64,000 nucleotides of DNA from an uncultured Gemmatimonadales bacterium (GTDB taxonomy: Bacteria; Gemmatimonadota; Gemmatimonadetes; Longimicrobiales; RSA9). Shown here one piece after another: positions 38,357 to 48,302 of this stretch. The stretch is from the NCBI GenBank assembly GCA_963798085.1, contig CAWCRS010000008.1:384001-448000 (forward strand), in the 5' to 3' direction. The notes beneath the pieces are model-generated. The model was not told the DNA's origin and ran no database searches. It was given only the letters and a program-made list of their open reading frames with translations. Within the stretch, counting starts at the first letter, position 1. Every line of letters begins with the position of its first letter. The translations under genes and the position numbers were made by a program.

Positions 38357-40384
38357 ATGCGACTGGTCGTGCAGTACCCCGACGATGCCGGGGTGCAGGT
38401 GGACGGCGAGCTAGTGGGCCGCACCAACAGCGTGCTGCGGCTGGGCCCGGGCACGCACCGGATCCGCCTGGCGGATGCGGGGGCCGCGCAGCCGGAAGAG
38501 CACCAGGTCACGGAAGACCCGTCGTCGCCTGACGCCGTCTGCTTCGTGCGCTTCGTGCCCCAGAATGCGGTGCTGGACCGCTTCTCCCCGCTCTACTGCT
38601 GCTACAACGGCTTCCTGCTGGGCCAGTTCCTGGCACTCAGTTTCGCCGCCTATGCGCGCGAAGGTTACGGCATTCGCCGGGCGCGCATGCAGGAATTCCT
38701 GCAGGAAATCGGCGTCGCGGAAACGCTGCCGGAAGAGCCGATCCCCTTCGGCTCGGACGCGTACGACACGCTGGTGCAGCGCATCCTCACGGCCGTGCAC
38801 GGCGCGAGCGAAGTGCTGGCCGATTACGCCTTCCTCGGCTTCGAAGCCATCTTCTACGGCCACCTCGCCGCCGTCCAGGATCCCACCGCGGAGCAGATGG
38901 CGGCGCACATGGAGGAGCTGCGCACGCGCCGGGGGCTGCCGCCGCTGGACCTGGCGACGCTGGTGCCGCAGCGGCACGGTGATAACGACACATTATCAAT
39001 CGACGACGTGCTCTCGCCCTCGCTGGCATGGCTGGCGGAAGTGGTGCAGGGCATGGAGCCGGAGCCGGACACGGCGTTCGTCATCATGCCGTTCGCGCCG
39101 CCCTGGGCCGGCTATTTCGCGACCTTCTACCGGCCCGCGCTGGAAGCCGCCGGCTGCCGCGCGTTCCGGGCGTGGGGCGGGCTCTCCAACGAGCAGTACG
39201 CGGACCTGCTGCTGGCGCTGATCGCGCGCTCGGGTCTGGTGTGGGCGGACATCTCGGAGCGCAATCCCAACGTGCTGTACGAAATCGGCGCGGCGCACGC
39301 GTTCGGCCGCATGGCCGTGCTGCTGGTGCACGAGGATCAGGCGGCCCTGGTGCCGGCCAACATTGGGCACGATGCGGTGATCACGTACTCGCCGTCGGCG
39401 GAAGATTTTCCGGACGGGATGGTGCGCCTCATGGGCATGCTCATTGGGGCCATGCGTCTCTCGGCGAAGCACGGCGAGCACTTCCGTGTGGGGCGCGGCG
39501 ATCTCGAGACAGCGATCGATGCAGCAGGCGAGCGGCTGAAGCAGATCCTGGTTCCGCCGGAAGCGCGCGAGGCGCTGCAGCACGGCCAGGAACTGCTGGA
39601 CAGCCAGCAGTTCGAGGCGGCGGAGACGGCCTTCACTGACGCCATCGAGCTGGGTCTGGACGATGCCGAGGCCTACGCCTGGCGAGGCCTGGCGCGCGTC
39701 GGGCGCGAAGAGTACGCGGCCGCGGCGACGGACCTCACCGAAGCGATCGAGCGCGGCTACCAGAAGCCGCCGCTGTTTCGCATGCGGGGCCTGGCGCGCA
39801 ACCAGATCGATGACAACGAGGGCGCGGACGCCGACTTCACGGCCTATCTCGAAGGCGCGCCCGACGACGCCGAGGTGTGGTACTTCCGTGGCGCGGCAAG
39901 GCAGTCGCTGGGGCGCTGGGCGGAGGCGGACATGGATTTCAGCGAGGCGCTGGCACGCGGCTTCGACAGCGCGGAGCTGCAGCAGTGTCGCACGTGGGTG
40001 AATATCCGGCTGGGTCATGCGGACGCCGCGCGGCACGCCTGGGAGCGGGCTGCGGCGCAGGCGCCGGATGCGGCCGCCACGGTAGCGCGGCAGGGGGACC
40101 TGCTGCTGGCGGATCACGAATACGGCGAAGCGGTTGCGGCCTACGAGCGGGCGCTGGCGGCCGAGCCACTGGCCGAGCGCCAGTTCGAGCTGGGTGTGGC
40201 GCTGCTGCTGGACGGCCGGGCGGGAGAAGCGCAGCCGCATTATGCGCAGGGCCTGACCACTGCCACGCCGCTGGAGGTCCGGCACGCGCTGGAAGAGCTG
40301 CGGTTCTGGGCCGAACAGGCGCCGGGTGCGGACCTGCTCCGGCAGGAGCTGGAAGCCACGGCCGGCGCTCCGGTTGCGGAGTAG
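38357..40384 (+). CDS. PEGA + nucleoside 2-deoxyribosyltransferase-like domain + TPR protein
   Basis: VQVDGELVGRT...LGPGTHRI (PEGA); AFVIMPF...ADISERNPNVLYEIGAAHA (NDT/TIR-like fold); C-terminal TPRs. Confidence 0.78.
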   Translation: MRLVVQYPDDAGVQVDGELVGRTNSVLRLGPGTHRIRLADAGAAQPEEHQVTEDPSSPDAVCFVRFVPQNAVLDRFSPLYCCYNGFLLGQFLALSFAAYAREGYGIRRARMQEFLQEIGVAETLPEEPIPFGSDAYDTLVQRILTAVHGASEVLADYAFLGFEAIFYGHLAAVQDPTAEQMAAHMEELRTRRGLPPLDLATLVPQRHGDNDTLSIDDVLSPSLAWLAEVVQGMEPEPDTAFVIMPFAPPWAGYFATFYRPALEAAGCRAFRAWGGLSNEQYADLLLALIARSGLVWADISERNPNVLYEIGAAHAFGRMAVLLVHEDQAALVPANIGHDAVITYSPSAEDFPDGMVRLMGMLIGAMRLSAKHGEHFRVGRGDLETAIDAAGERLKQILVPPEAREALQHGQELLDSQQFEAAETAFTDAIELGLDDAEAYAWRGLARVGREEYAAAATDLTEAIERGYQKPPLFRMRGLARNQIDDNEGADADFTAYLEGAPDDAEVWYFRGAARQSLGRWAEADMDFSEALARGFDSAELQQCRTWVNIRLGHADAARHAWERAAAQAPDAAATVARQGDLLLADHEYGEAVAAYERALAAEPLAERQFELGVALLLDGRAGEAQPHYAQGLTTATPLEVRHALEELRFWAEQAPGADLLRQELEATAGAPVAE

Positions 40385-40494
40385 CGCCGAATGTGTCGAT
40401 CCTGAATGCAGTCGATTCTCCCACATCCAGGCCGGCAGGCCTCGCCTGACCGCCGACGGTCGGCGGCGGCCGCGGACAAGCCCGAGGTAGATTC

Positions 40495-41734
40495 TTGAGC
40501 GGAAGCACGCCGGTGGCGGAGGCTTTTTTTGCCCGGCAGCCCATCTTCGACCAGCAAGGCAACGCGCTCGCGTATGAGCTGCTGTACCGACCCTCGCCGG
40601 ACGCGACCAGTGCGGCGGGCGGCGATCCCATCGCGATGGCCATCCAGGTTGCGACCGATGCCATGCTGGGGATGAACCTGGAGACCGTGACGGATGGCCT
40701 GCCCGCATTCGTGAATGCGACGCGCGAGATCCTGATCGACGGACCGCTCGAGGGAATGGACCCCGCCAGGATCGTGATCGAGGTGCTGGAAACGGTCGAG
40801 CCGGACGAACAGGTGATGCGCGCCATCGCGAATCTGTCGAAGCGCGGGCATCGCATTGCACTGGACGACTGGTTCGAGAACGATCCGCGCACGCCCATGC
40901 TCGAGTACGCGTCCATCATCAAAGTCGATGTGCTGGACCGCACGGTGGCGGCGGCCGCGGAACTCGTGCGGCCGCACAGCGGCCGCAAGCTGAAGCTGCT
41001 CGCCGAGCGCGTGGAGACATCCGAGGTGCATGACGAGTCGGTGGCCGCGGGCTTCGAGTGGTTCCAGGGCTACTTCTATCGCAAACCCGAGATCGTGCGG
41101 CAGCGCGACCTGCGTCCCGAGCAGCTGTCCGTGATCCAGGCCATGAACCTGGTGCAGGATGACTGCGGTGCCGGACCATCGCATTGGCGCATTCTTCAAG
41201 CAGGATCCGTCACTCACGTACAAGCTCGTGCGCATGGCCAACGTCGCGCCGATGGGTGTGCGGCAGGTGGAATCGGTGGAGCACGCGGTGGCGATCGTGG
41301 GTCGCGCGGCGATCTTCCGCTGGCTGGCACTTCTGCTCGCGGGTTCCTTCCAGCGGGGCAGCGGCGTCAAGCGTGAGCTGCTGCGCGAGGCGCTGATCCG
41401 TGCAAAGGTCTGTGAGCTGCTCGCACCGGCGGCGCGCATCGGGCAGTCCGGTCACATGTTTCTGGTGGGGCTCTTCTCACGCATCGAAGCGCTGCTGGGC
41501 GTGCCCATCGAGTCGATCGTCAAGCACGTGGTGCTGCCGCAGCCGGTATCGGAAGCACTGACCAGTTCGGCGGGTCGCTACGGCGCCGTGCTGTCGTTAG
41601 CCGAAGCGTATGAGGATGCGCGCTTCGGAGAGATCCTCAAGCTGGCGGAAGCGGCGGGACTGGCGGCCGCGGAAGTGCCGAACGCCTACAGGCAGGCGCT
41701 CGAATGGTCGCTCGAGGTCAGCCGCACGATCTGA
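40495..41734 (+). CDS. EAL-HDOD (YuxH/CdgJ-like) signalling protein; frameshift near 41164
   Basis: FARQPIFD, AYELLYR, IALDD, LLAERVET, FQGYFY; second frame KQDPSLTYKLVRMAN...FLVGLFS. Confidence 0.85.
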
Positions 41735-41738
41735 TCAC

Positions 41739-43271
41739 TCAGCGGAAGATGCTGCGTTCGCCGCTGATGCTGCGGGGACGGCTGGCCGACTGTGACGCAG
41801 CCAACTGGTCGAGCTGACGTGTCAGCTCGGGTGCGGAGTACCAGCGACCCTTCACCAGCACGCCGGACCTCGCCTTCACGTTGTGCACGTCCGCGAGCGG
41901 ATTGGCGCTGAGCAGCAGCAGATCCGCGCGCAAACCTTCCGCAACGGTACCGAACTCACCGGTCCGGCCCAGGAACTCGGCCGCGTTGCGCGTCGCCATC
42001 TGCAGCACCTGCGCGGGCGTCAGGCCGGCGGCCGCGAGCATCTCGAGTTCTTCATTGATGGCGAAGCCCGGCAGCACGTAGGGGAAGCCGCCATCCGTGC
42101 CCACCATCATACGCACGCCGGCATCGAAGAACGCCTTCGTCGACTGATTCTCGTTGGCGATGGTGGCGGCGCGCGCGGTGCCGCTGGCCCAGGGTCCCCG
42201 GCCTACCCAGTCGAAGATCAGGTCCTGCGGCAGGTAGCGCATTTCGGGTCTCGACTGGAACGCGGCCTCTTCCGCGGGCGTGAGCATGGCGCGCAGTGTG
42301 ACCAGCGTGGGCGTGCTCCACATGTGTGCGCTGACGAGTCGCTGTGCCAGCTGCCGCATCTTCGAGACGTCCAGTGATGTGTCCCAGCCGCCCTGCGCGT
42401 TGCCCGCGCTGCGCACTTCCGGAAGATAGGCGCCCGCCATGTGCTCGATGGACAGCTGACCCGACGCGAGCACGCGCGTGACGCCTGCCGCGAAGGGTGC
42501 GTGCCCGGCGAAGGCGATGCCACGACTGCGAGCGGAAGCCGCGACCGCATCGAATACGGGCGCAGAAAGATGCTCGTACACTTTCAGGAAGTCGTAACCC
42601 GCGGACTTCAGTAATGCGACGTTGGTATCGGCCTTGGCGGGATCGGTGATCAGGATCGTGCGCGGCCATTGCACGATGCCATCGATGCCGGGACTGGAGA
42701 CGAACATGCGCGGTCCGAGGATCTCGCCGGACTCGACGCGCGTGCGAAAGGCGAGATGACCGGTGGATCCCCACATCTCGCGCACGGTGGTGACACCGTT
42801 CGCCACGTAGAGCAGCGCTTCCAATGTGTAGACCATGTGCACGTGCATGTCGGCCAGGCCGGGCATGAGGAAGCGGCACGTGCCGTCGATCACCGTAGCC
42901 GTGGCCGGAGCCGCGAGCGTCGCGGCGCTGCCGATCCGCTCAATGACGCCGTGATCGAGCAGCACCGTGCGGTCGCGCTGCACAGCCTCGCCCGTCATGG
43001 GAATGATGTTGACGTGCGTGATGGCGATCTCGCCGGTGGCCGTGGTGGGCAGCACCTGGACCGGCGGATCGCAGTTGAGGTCCACGCTCATGGGATCGTC
43101 GTGACACGCGGCCAGCGCCAGCCATCCCACGAGCGTCACGGATTGCAGGCGACGACGCCGCGTCGATCTCTGCTTCCTGCTGTCTGACAATGTGTTTGGG
43201 CCGGCGGCACGCGCGGCCGGGCTGGCCGGTGGTGGCGCGCAGGCGGATGCGGGCAGGATGGTCGCTCTCAT
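41739..43271 (-). CDS. Amidohydrolase-family lipoprotein; start uncertain
   Basis: LAAC lipobox, PGLADMHVH, ANGVTTVR, SIEH, VGTDG, GLRADLLLL. Confidence 0.88.
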   Translation of the reverse strand: MRATILPASACAPPPASPAARAAGPNTLSDSRKQRSTRRRRLQSVTLVGWLALAACHDDPMSVDLNCDPPVQVLPTTATGEIAITHVNIIPMTGEAVQRDRTVLLDHGVIERIGSAATLAAPATATVIDGTCRFLMPGLADMHVHMVYTLEALLYVANGVTTVREMWGSTGHLAFRTRVESGEILGPRMFVSSPGIDGIVQWPRTILITDPAKADTNVALLKSAGYDFLKVYEHLSAPVFDAVAASARSRGIAFAGHAPFAAGVTRVLASGQLSIEHMAGAYLPEVRSAGNAQGGWDTSLDVSKMRQLAQRLVSAHMWSTPTLVTLRAMLTPAEEAAFQSRPEMRYLPQDLIFDWVGRGPWASGTARAATIANENQSTKAFFDAGVRMMVGTDGGFPYVLPGFAINEELEMLAAAGLTPAQVLQMATRNAAEFLGRTGEFGTVAEGLRADLLLLSANPLADVHNVKARSGVLVKGRWYSAPELTRQLDQLAASQSASRPRSISGERSIFR

Positions 43272-43390
43272 GGTCCCGCCCTTCCAGCAGGTGTGCGAGA
43301 AGCAGATCCGTCAATCAGGGGAACGCATCGTCAGGATCGAACGAAACGCGCCGGCGCGCAAGTCACGCGAGCGCGCAACAAATCGTCGCA

Positions 43391-45100
43391 TCAGCGATTG
43401 TGCTCGAAATCGCGATGGGCGTTCTCGCGCCGATAGGCGGCGACGGCGGCGCACGACGCGTCGGCCTGCTCTGGTGTTACCTCGGCGGGCACGCGGAAGA
43501 GCCATGTGCGCGGCGGAAACACTTCCGCGACAGCGAGCTGGCGGCAGTTGGCCGCCACGAGATCCACCAGGCGAGCGGGCTCCATCAGCTCGAGGCTGCC
43601 CAGCAGGATCCACGCGGCCCCGCGCTGCTGCAGCCACGGCAGGAACGACGCACTGTCCTGCGAGAGTGCGCGCGCCCAGGAAACGGCCTGCCGGCCCGTG
43701 TAGCGATAGAGCGCACCCGATTTGACGGCGAGCAGGTGCGCATCGGGTGGTGTGTTCGCGCGGATCCAGCGCAATGCCTCGAAGTAGCTCTTCTGATCCG
43801 TGAACAGACAGGAAGCGGGCGGGAGGTCGCCGCTGCGGTCACACACCATGTTGGTGCGTGCCTGCGCGACGGAGCGCGCACCACCACTGATGCCCAGGAG
43901 CAGCGCGAGTGCCAGGGCCGCGGGTAACGCGAATGTTTGGCGCACGCGGCCGGCCAGCCACGCGGCACCGAGCAGCATGGTGACGATGAGCAGCGGCACC
44001 ACAGGCAACAGGAAGCGCTCGACGGCCCACAGCCACACGATCATCAGCAGCGCATAGCACAACAGATACAGCGCAGCCGGCCGCCAGCGCCGCCAGAGCA
44101 CCCACGCACCGGCACCGAGCGTCGCAGCCAGCAGCATGGCGAGGGCCACGTTGTCGATGGGCGTGCCCGCGACACTGGGCAGAGACAGCTCCCAGGGCAG
44201 TGCACGGGTGGCATAGAACGCGAGCGCATCGAGCGAGCGGCGAGGCAGTGGTGGCATGAAGGCGCTGCCGCTCCACAGCGAGCGCAGTTCCGCTGCATAG
44301 TTGGAGCCCACGGCGAGCGTTGGGCCGAGCGCGAGCGACACGAGCCACGCGCCCACCGCGCACACGCCGATGGTCGCAATGGGCACAACCATGCGCCAGC
44401 GTTTCTCCAGTGCCCAGTGCAGCAGCAGCGCAGCCAGCAGTGTGACGCCCACCATGCGCGTGAGGGAGGCATAAAGCGCTGCGACGGCGGCGAGTGCCAG
44501 CCAGCGTTGCGCGTGATGCGTGGGCAGGCGCGAGGCATTCGCGCCGAATGCGCCGGCGGATTCGCCCTCGCCTGGAGCGCCCGCCGCGCGCAGCACCGCG
44601 TAGAGCGCGAGCAGTGACAACAGCGTGTATGCGGCTTCCGAGCGGATGGCGCCGCCGAAGTGCACGAACTCGGGATTGAGAGCGGTCACGAGCGCGGCGG
44701 CCGCAGCCAGGCGAGGATCGGCAACGCGGCGTACCGCGAGGAAGATCACGATCAGGCTGCCCAGCGAGAGCAGCAGGCTGAGCGCGACGAGCGCATCGTA
44801 GCCATCGCCCAGCACGCCGCCCCAGAGCGCGAGCAGCACGGGATACCCGGGTGGGTACTGCGCCCTCGCCGGCGGATCGGAGCGGAAGAGGAGGTGGTAG
44901 CCGCCGTGTCGCAGCGACTGGCCGAGCACAATGTACTCGACGTCGTCCTGGCCGGTGAGAATACCGGGATCACGCGCGAGCCAGGCGAGCAGCGCGTGCG
45001 CGACGAGCGCGGCCAGGAGCAGGGCGAAGGCAATGCGACGCGCAGCCCAAGCCGCGTCGTCGCCTCGATCCCGGATCGCGTGAGCCGCCCCCATCATCAC
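43391..45100 (-). CDS. GT-C type (ArnT/PMT-like) membrane glycosyltransferase
   Basis: DDVEY, YPPGYPVLL, RSEAAY, ERFLLPVVP, WIRANTP; many TM helices. Confidence 0.75.
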   Translation of the reverse strand: MMMGAAHAIRDRGDDAAWAARRIAFALLLAALVAHALLAWLARDPGILTGQDDVEYIVLGQSLRHGGYHLLFRSDPPARAQYPPGYPVLLALWGGVLGDGYDALVALSLLLSLGSLIVIFLAVRRVADPRLAAAAALVTALNPEFVHFGGAIRSEAAYTLLSLLALYAVLRAAGAPGEGESAGAFGANASRLPTHHAQRWLALAAVAALYASLTRMVGVTLLAALLLHWALEKRWRMVVPIATIGVCAVGAWLVSLALGPTLAVGSNYAAELRSLWSGSAFMPPLPRRSLDALAFYATRALPWELSLPSVAGTPIDNVALAMLLAATLGAGAWVLWRRWRPAALYLLCYALLMIVWLWAVERFLLPVVPLLIVTMLLGAAWLAGRVRQTFALPAALALALLLGISGGARSVAQARTNMVCDRSGDLPPASCLFTDQKSYFEALRWIRANTPPDAHLLAVKSGALYRYTGRQAVSWARALSQDSASFLPWLQQRGAAWILLGSLELMEPARLVDLVAANCRQLAVAEVFPPRTWLFRVPAEVTPEQADASCAAVAAYRRENAHRDFEHNR

Positions 45101-45231
45101 GGCAGAAACATACGCGCTTCGGGCCGGGTCCGCCGCCCGGATCGCGCGCGGCCTTGACCGCGAGGCCCCACGGGGCCAAGCATCAGGCGCGACGACGGGG
45201 TGTGCGTCGCTGTACTACCGTTGCGTCAGGC

Positions 45232-45954
45232 ATGAACACGCGGCTCGAGCTGGAGATAGAGGGGCAACCCGACGACGCGTCCTGCGGGCCCGCCTGCCTG
45301 CACGCGGTCTATCGCTTTTTCGGCGACGACATCGCGCAGGAGCGGGTGATCGCCGAAGTGGAGCTGCTGGACACGGGCGGTACGCTCGCGGTGCTGCTCG
45401 CGCTGCACGCGTTGCGCCGCGGCTTTCGTGCGACCATCTACACGTACAACCTGCAGCTCTTCGATCCGACGTGGTTCCACGGCGGCGGTGTGAATCTGGC
45501 CGAGCGGCTGGAGGTGCAGGCGGCGGAGAAGGAGGACAACAAGCTGCGCTTCACGACGCAGGCGTACATCGAGTATCTGTCGCTGGGCGGCGTGGTCCGG
45601 TTCGAAGAGTTGAATCCCGGTCTGATCCGTTCCTTCCTCGAACGGCGCCTGCCGGTGCTGACGGGGCTTTCGGCCACATACCTGTACGACTGTGCCCGGG
45701 AGACCGGCTGGGCCAAGCTGGAATACGATGATGTGCGTGGCCACCCGACCGGTCATTTCGTGGTGCTGAGCGGGTACGACGCGGCACGCGACGAGGTGCG
45801 CGTCGCCGATCCGCTGAAGGACAATCCCGGCTACGGCACGCATGACTACGCCGTCGGCATGCAGCGCCTGCTGGGCGCGATCCTGCTGGGCGTGCTCACC
45901 TATGATGCGAACATCCTGATTCTCGAGCCCGGTCGTGGAGGCAGGCGCGCGTGA
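45232..45954 (+). CDS. Peptidase C39-like protein
   Basis: QPDDASCGPACL (Gln/Cys), GHFVVLSGYD, VADP (His/Asp). Confidence 0.87.
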   Translation: MNTRLELEIEGQPDDASCGPACLHAVYRFFGDDIAQERVIAEVELLDTGGTLAVLLALHALRRGFRATIYTYNLQLFDPTWFHGGGVNLAERLEVQAAEKEDNKLRFTTQAYIEYLSLGGVVRFEELNPGLIRSFLERRLPVLTGLSATYLYDCARETGWAKLEYDDVRGHPTGHFVVLSGYDAARDEVRVADPLKDNPGYGTHDYAVGMQRLLGAILLGVLTYDANILILEPGRGGRRA

Positions 45955-47426
45955 GAACGTTGCTGGTGGTGGAGAAACCGGAGCGCTGGCCGTTCGATGT
46001 GCCGGGCGCGCAGATCGTCTCGGGGTGGGACTACCTGACACGGGCACAGTACGCGGAAACGCGGCGCATTGCGGTCTACAACGCGTGTCGCGTGTACGGC
46101 TATCAGCGACTTGGCTATTACGTGTCACTGCTGGCCGCAGCGAGAGGCCATCGCGTGATGCCCGACGTGGAGACGCTGCAGGCGTTCGGCGTCGGACCCC
46201 TCGCGCGCATCGCATCAGAAGAACTGGACGAGATGATCCAGCGCGCGCTGGCGCCGCTCACCGAGAGCGAACTGGAGCTGAGCATCTACTTCGGGCACAA
46301 CGTGGCGCCGCGCTTCGAAACACTGAGCAAGGCGCTGTTCAATCAGTTTCCCGCCCCGTTCCTGCGCGCCATGTTCGCGCGCGGCAAGCACGAATGGCGG
46401 CTGGAATCGATCCGCCCGCTGGCGGGACACGATGTACCGGAAGAGCATCGCGATTTCGCCATCGAGAGAGCCAGTGCGTTCCTGGCGAAAGGCGGGCGCA
46501 CGCCGCAGCCGCCGCAGCCCGAACCCTGGGATCTGGCGATTCTCTGGGATGAGAAAGCGCCGGACAGCGCATCCGATGAAGCCGCCATCCGCCGATTCAT
46601 CCGCGTGGCCAAGAAGGTGGGCATTGATGCCGACATCATCGAAGCCGACGACTATCAGCGGCTGGCCGAGTTCGATGCACTGTTCATTCGCGATACCACG
46701 AGCGTCAACCACTACACGTATCGCTTCGCGCAGCGCGGCGTGGCGGAAGGCCTGGTCGTGATCGACGACCCGCAGTCCATCATCCGCTGCAGCAACAAGG
46801 TCTATCAGGCCGAGCTGTTCGTTCGCTACGACATCCCGCACCCGCGCACGCTCATCGTGCACGCCGAGAACGTGGACCGCGTGGTTGCCGAGACAGGCTT
46901 TCCCTGCGTGCTCAAGCGACCCGATGCTTCTTTCTCCGCGGGCGTGGTCAAGGCCGAGGACCAGGCCGCACTGGCGCAGCACTTGAAGTCGTTCTTCGAC
47001 TCCTCCATGATGGTGGTCGCGCAGGAGTACCTCCCCTCGGAATTCGACTGGCGCATTGGCGTGCTGGACGGCCGCGCACTGTACGCGTGCCGCTATTTCA
47101 TGGTGCGCGGACACTGGCAGATCGTGCACCGCCGCGATGGCGGAATGCACCGCTATGGCAAGGTGGAGACCGTGCCCATCGAGGAGGCGCCCGCGGTGGC
47201 GGTGCAGCTGGCCGTGCGCTGCGCCCGCCTGATCGGCAACGGCCTGTATGGCGTGGACATCAAGGAAGCGGACGGCAAGTTCTACGTGATCGAGGTCAAT
47301 GACAATCCGAACATCGACAGTGGTGTGGAGGACGAAGTGCTGAAGGACGATCTCTACCTGGCGGTGATGCAGCTCTTCCGCGATCGCCTGGATGCACGAC
47401 GCGCACCCGAGGAGGCCGTGAAGTGA
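45951..47426 (+). CDS. RimK-family ATP-grasp ligase with N-terminal RLAN domain
   Basis: YNACR.YGYQ..GYYVSLLA.ARGH (RLAN), FPCVLK, QEYLP..FDWRIG, YGVDIK, IEVNDNP. Confidence 0.92.
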   Translation: MRTLLVVEKPERWPFDVPGAQIVSGWDYLTRAQYAETRRIAVYNACRVYGYQRLGYYVSLLAAARGHRVMPDVETLQAFGVGPLARIASEELDEMIQRALAPLTESELELSIYFGHNVAPRFETLSKALFNQFPAPFLRAMFARGKHEWRLESIRPLAGHDVPEEHRDFAIERASAFLAKGGRTPQPPQPEPWDLAILWDEKAPDSASDEAAIRRFIRVAKKVGIDADIIEADDYQRLAEFDALFIRDTTSVNHYTYRFAQRGVAEGLVVIDDPQSIIRCSNKVYQAELFVRYDIPHPRTLIVHAENVDRVVAETGFPCVLKRPDASFSAGVVKAEDQAALAQHLKSFFDSSMMVVAQEYLPSEFDWRIGVLDGRALYACRYFMVRGHWQIVHRRDGGMHRYGKVETVPIEEAPAVAVQLAVRCARLIGNGLYGVDIKEADGKFYVIEVNDNPNIDSGVEDEVLKDDLYLAVMQLFRDRLDARRAPEEAVK

Positions 47427-48295
47427 AACGCGTGCTGCGCTGGGGCGCCATCGGGCTCGCGGGCCTGGTGGTGCTGGTGCTCATCGCCGCGTGCACGCTC
47501 TGGATCCGTTCGCTGATGATCCGGCGCCACACGTACACGCTCGCGCTCGAGCCCTTCAGGGTGCCCACGGATTCCGCTTCCATTGCGGCCGGTGAGCGGC
47601 TGGCCACGATACACGGCTGTTATCACGGCTGTCACGGCACGCAGATGCAGGGGGACAGCGTGTTCATCAACGAGCCCATGCTGGCAGTGGTGGGCACGCC
47701 GAACCTCACGCGTGCGGTGCGTGAGTATTCCAATGGCGAGCTGGAGCGTGTGATCCGTCACGGCGTGCGCCGGAATGGCCGGTCGGTGTTCGTCATGCCC
47801 TCACAGACCCTGGCTCGCCTGACCAACGACGACCTGGGCAGGATCCTCGCCTTCATCCGCAGCAAGCCGGAACGCGAAGGTCCCGCGTTCCGCATGCGGC
47901 TGGGGCCGCTGGGCATCCTGGGTGTAGCCACGGGCCAGTTTCCGGCTGCGGCGAAGGTGATTCCGCCCAACACCCAGCACATCGCGCCCGATCTGTCGCA
48001 GCCGGCGGCGCTGGGCGACTACCTGGTGCACACCATCTGCTCCGAGTGCCACGGCCAGGACCTGCGGGGCAATGCGCAGTTCCCATCACCCAGCCTGGCT
48101 CTTGCCAGCACGTACCCGCTCGAGGATTTCCGCGCCTTCATGCGGACAGGCATTGCGGCCGGCGGCCGCGAGCTGAAGACCATGACGCCGGAGGCAAAGC
48201 AGAATCTGTCGGCGCTCACCAATGCGGAGATCGACGCCATCTACGGGTACCTGCGCTCGATCACGGGAGCGCTGGCGCGCATGGCGCAACGCTGA
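47423..48295 (+). CDS. Membrane-anchored dihaem cytochrome c
   Basis: N-terminal TM, CYHGCH, PNLT, IRHGV, MPS, CSECH, AIYGYLRS. Confidence 0.82.
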   Translation: MKRVLRWGAIGLAGLVVLVLIAACTLWIRSLMIRRHTYTLALEPFRVPTDSASIAAGERLATIHGCYHGCHGTQMQGDSVFINEPMLAVVGTPNLTRAVREYSNGELERVIRHGVRRNGRSVFVMPSQTLARLTNDDLGRILAFIRSKPEREGPAFRMRLGPLGILGVATGQFPAAAKVIPPNTQHIAPDLSQPAALGDYLVHTICSECHGQDLRGNAQFPSPSLALASTYPLEDFRAFMRTGIAAGGRELKTMTPEAKQNLSALTNAEIDAIYGYLRSITGALARMAQR

Positions 48296-48302
48296 CGGTG
48301 GC

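Noticed and set aside
40503..40530. T-run resembling a terminator
   Set aside because: Encodes AFF of the conserved FFARQPI start of the EAL domain; no convincing stem
45951..47426. Graspetide (microviridin-type) RiPP cluster
   Set aside because: RLAN-RimK type rather than a graspetide synthetase; no precursor with repeated core motifs nearby
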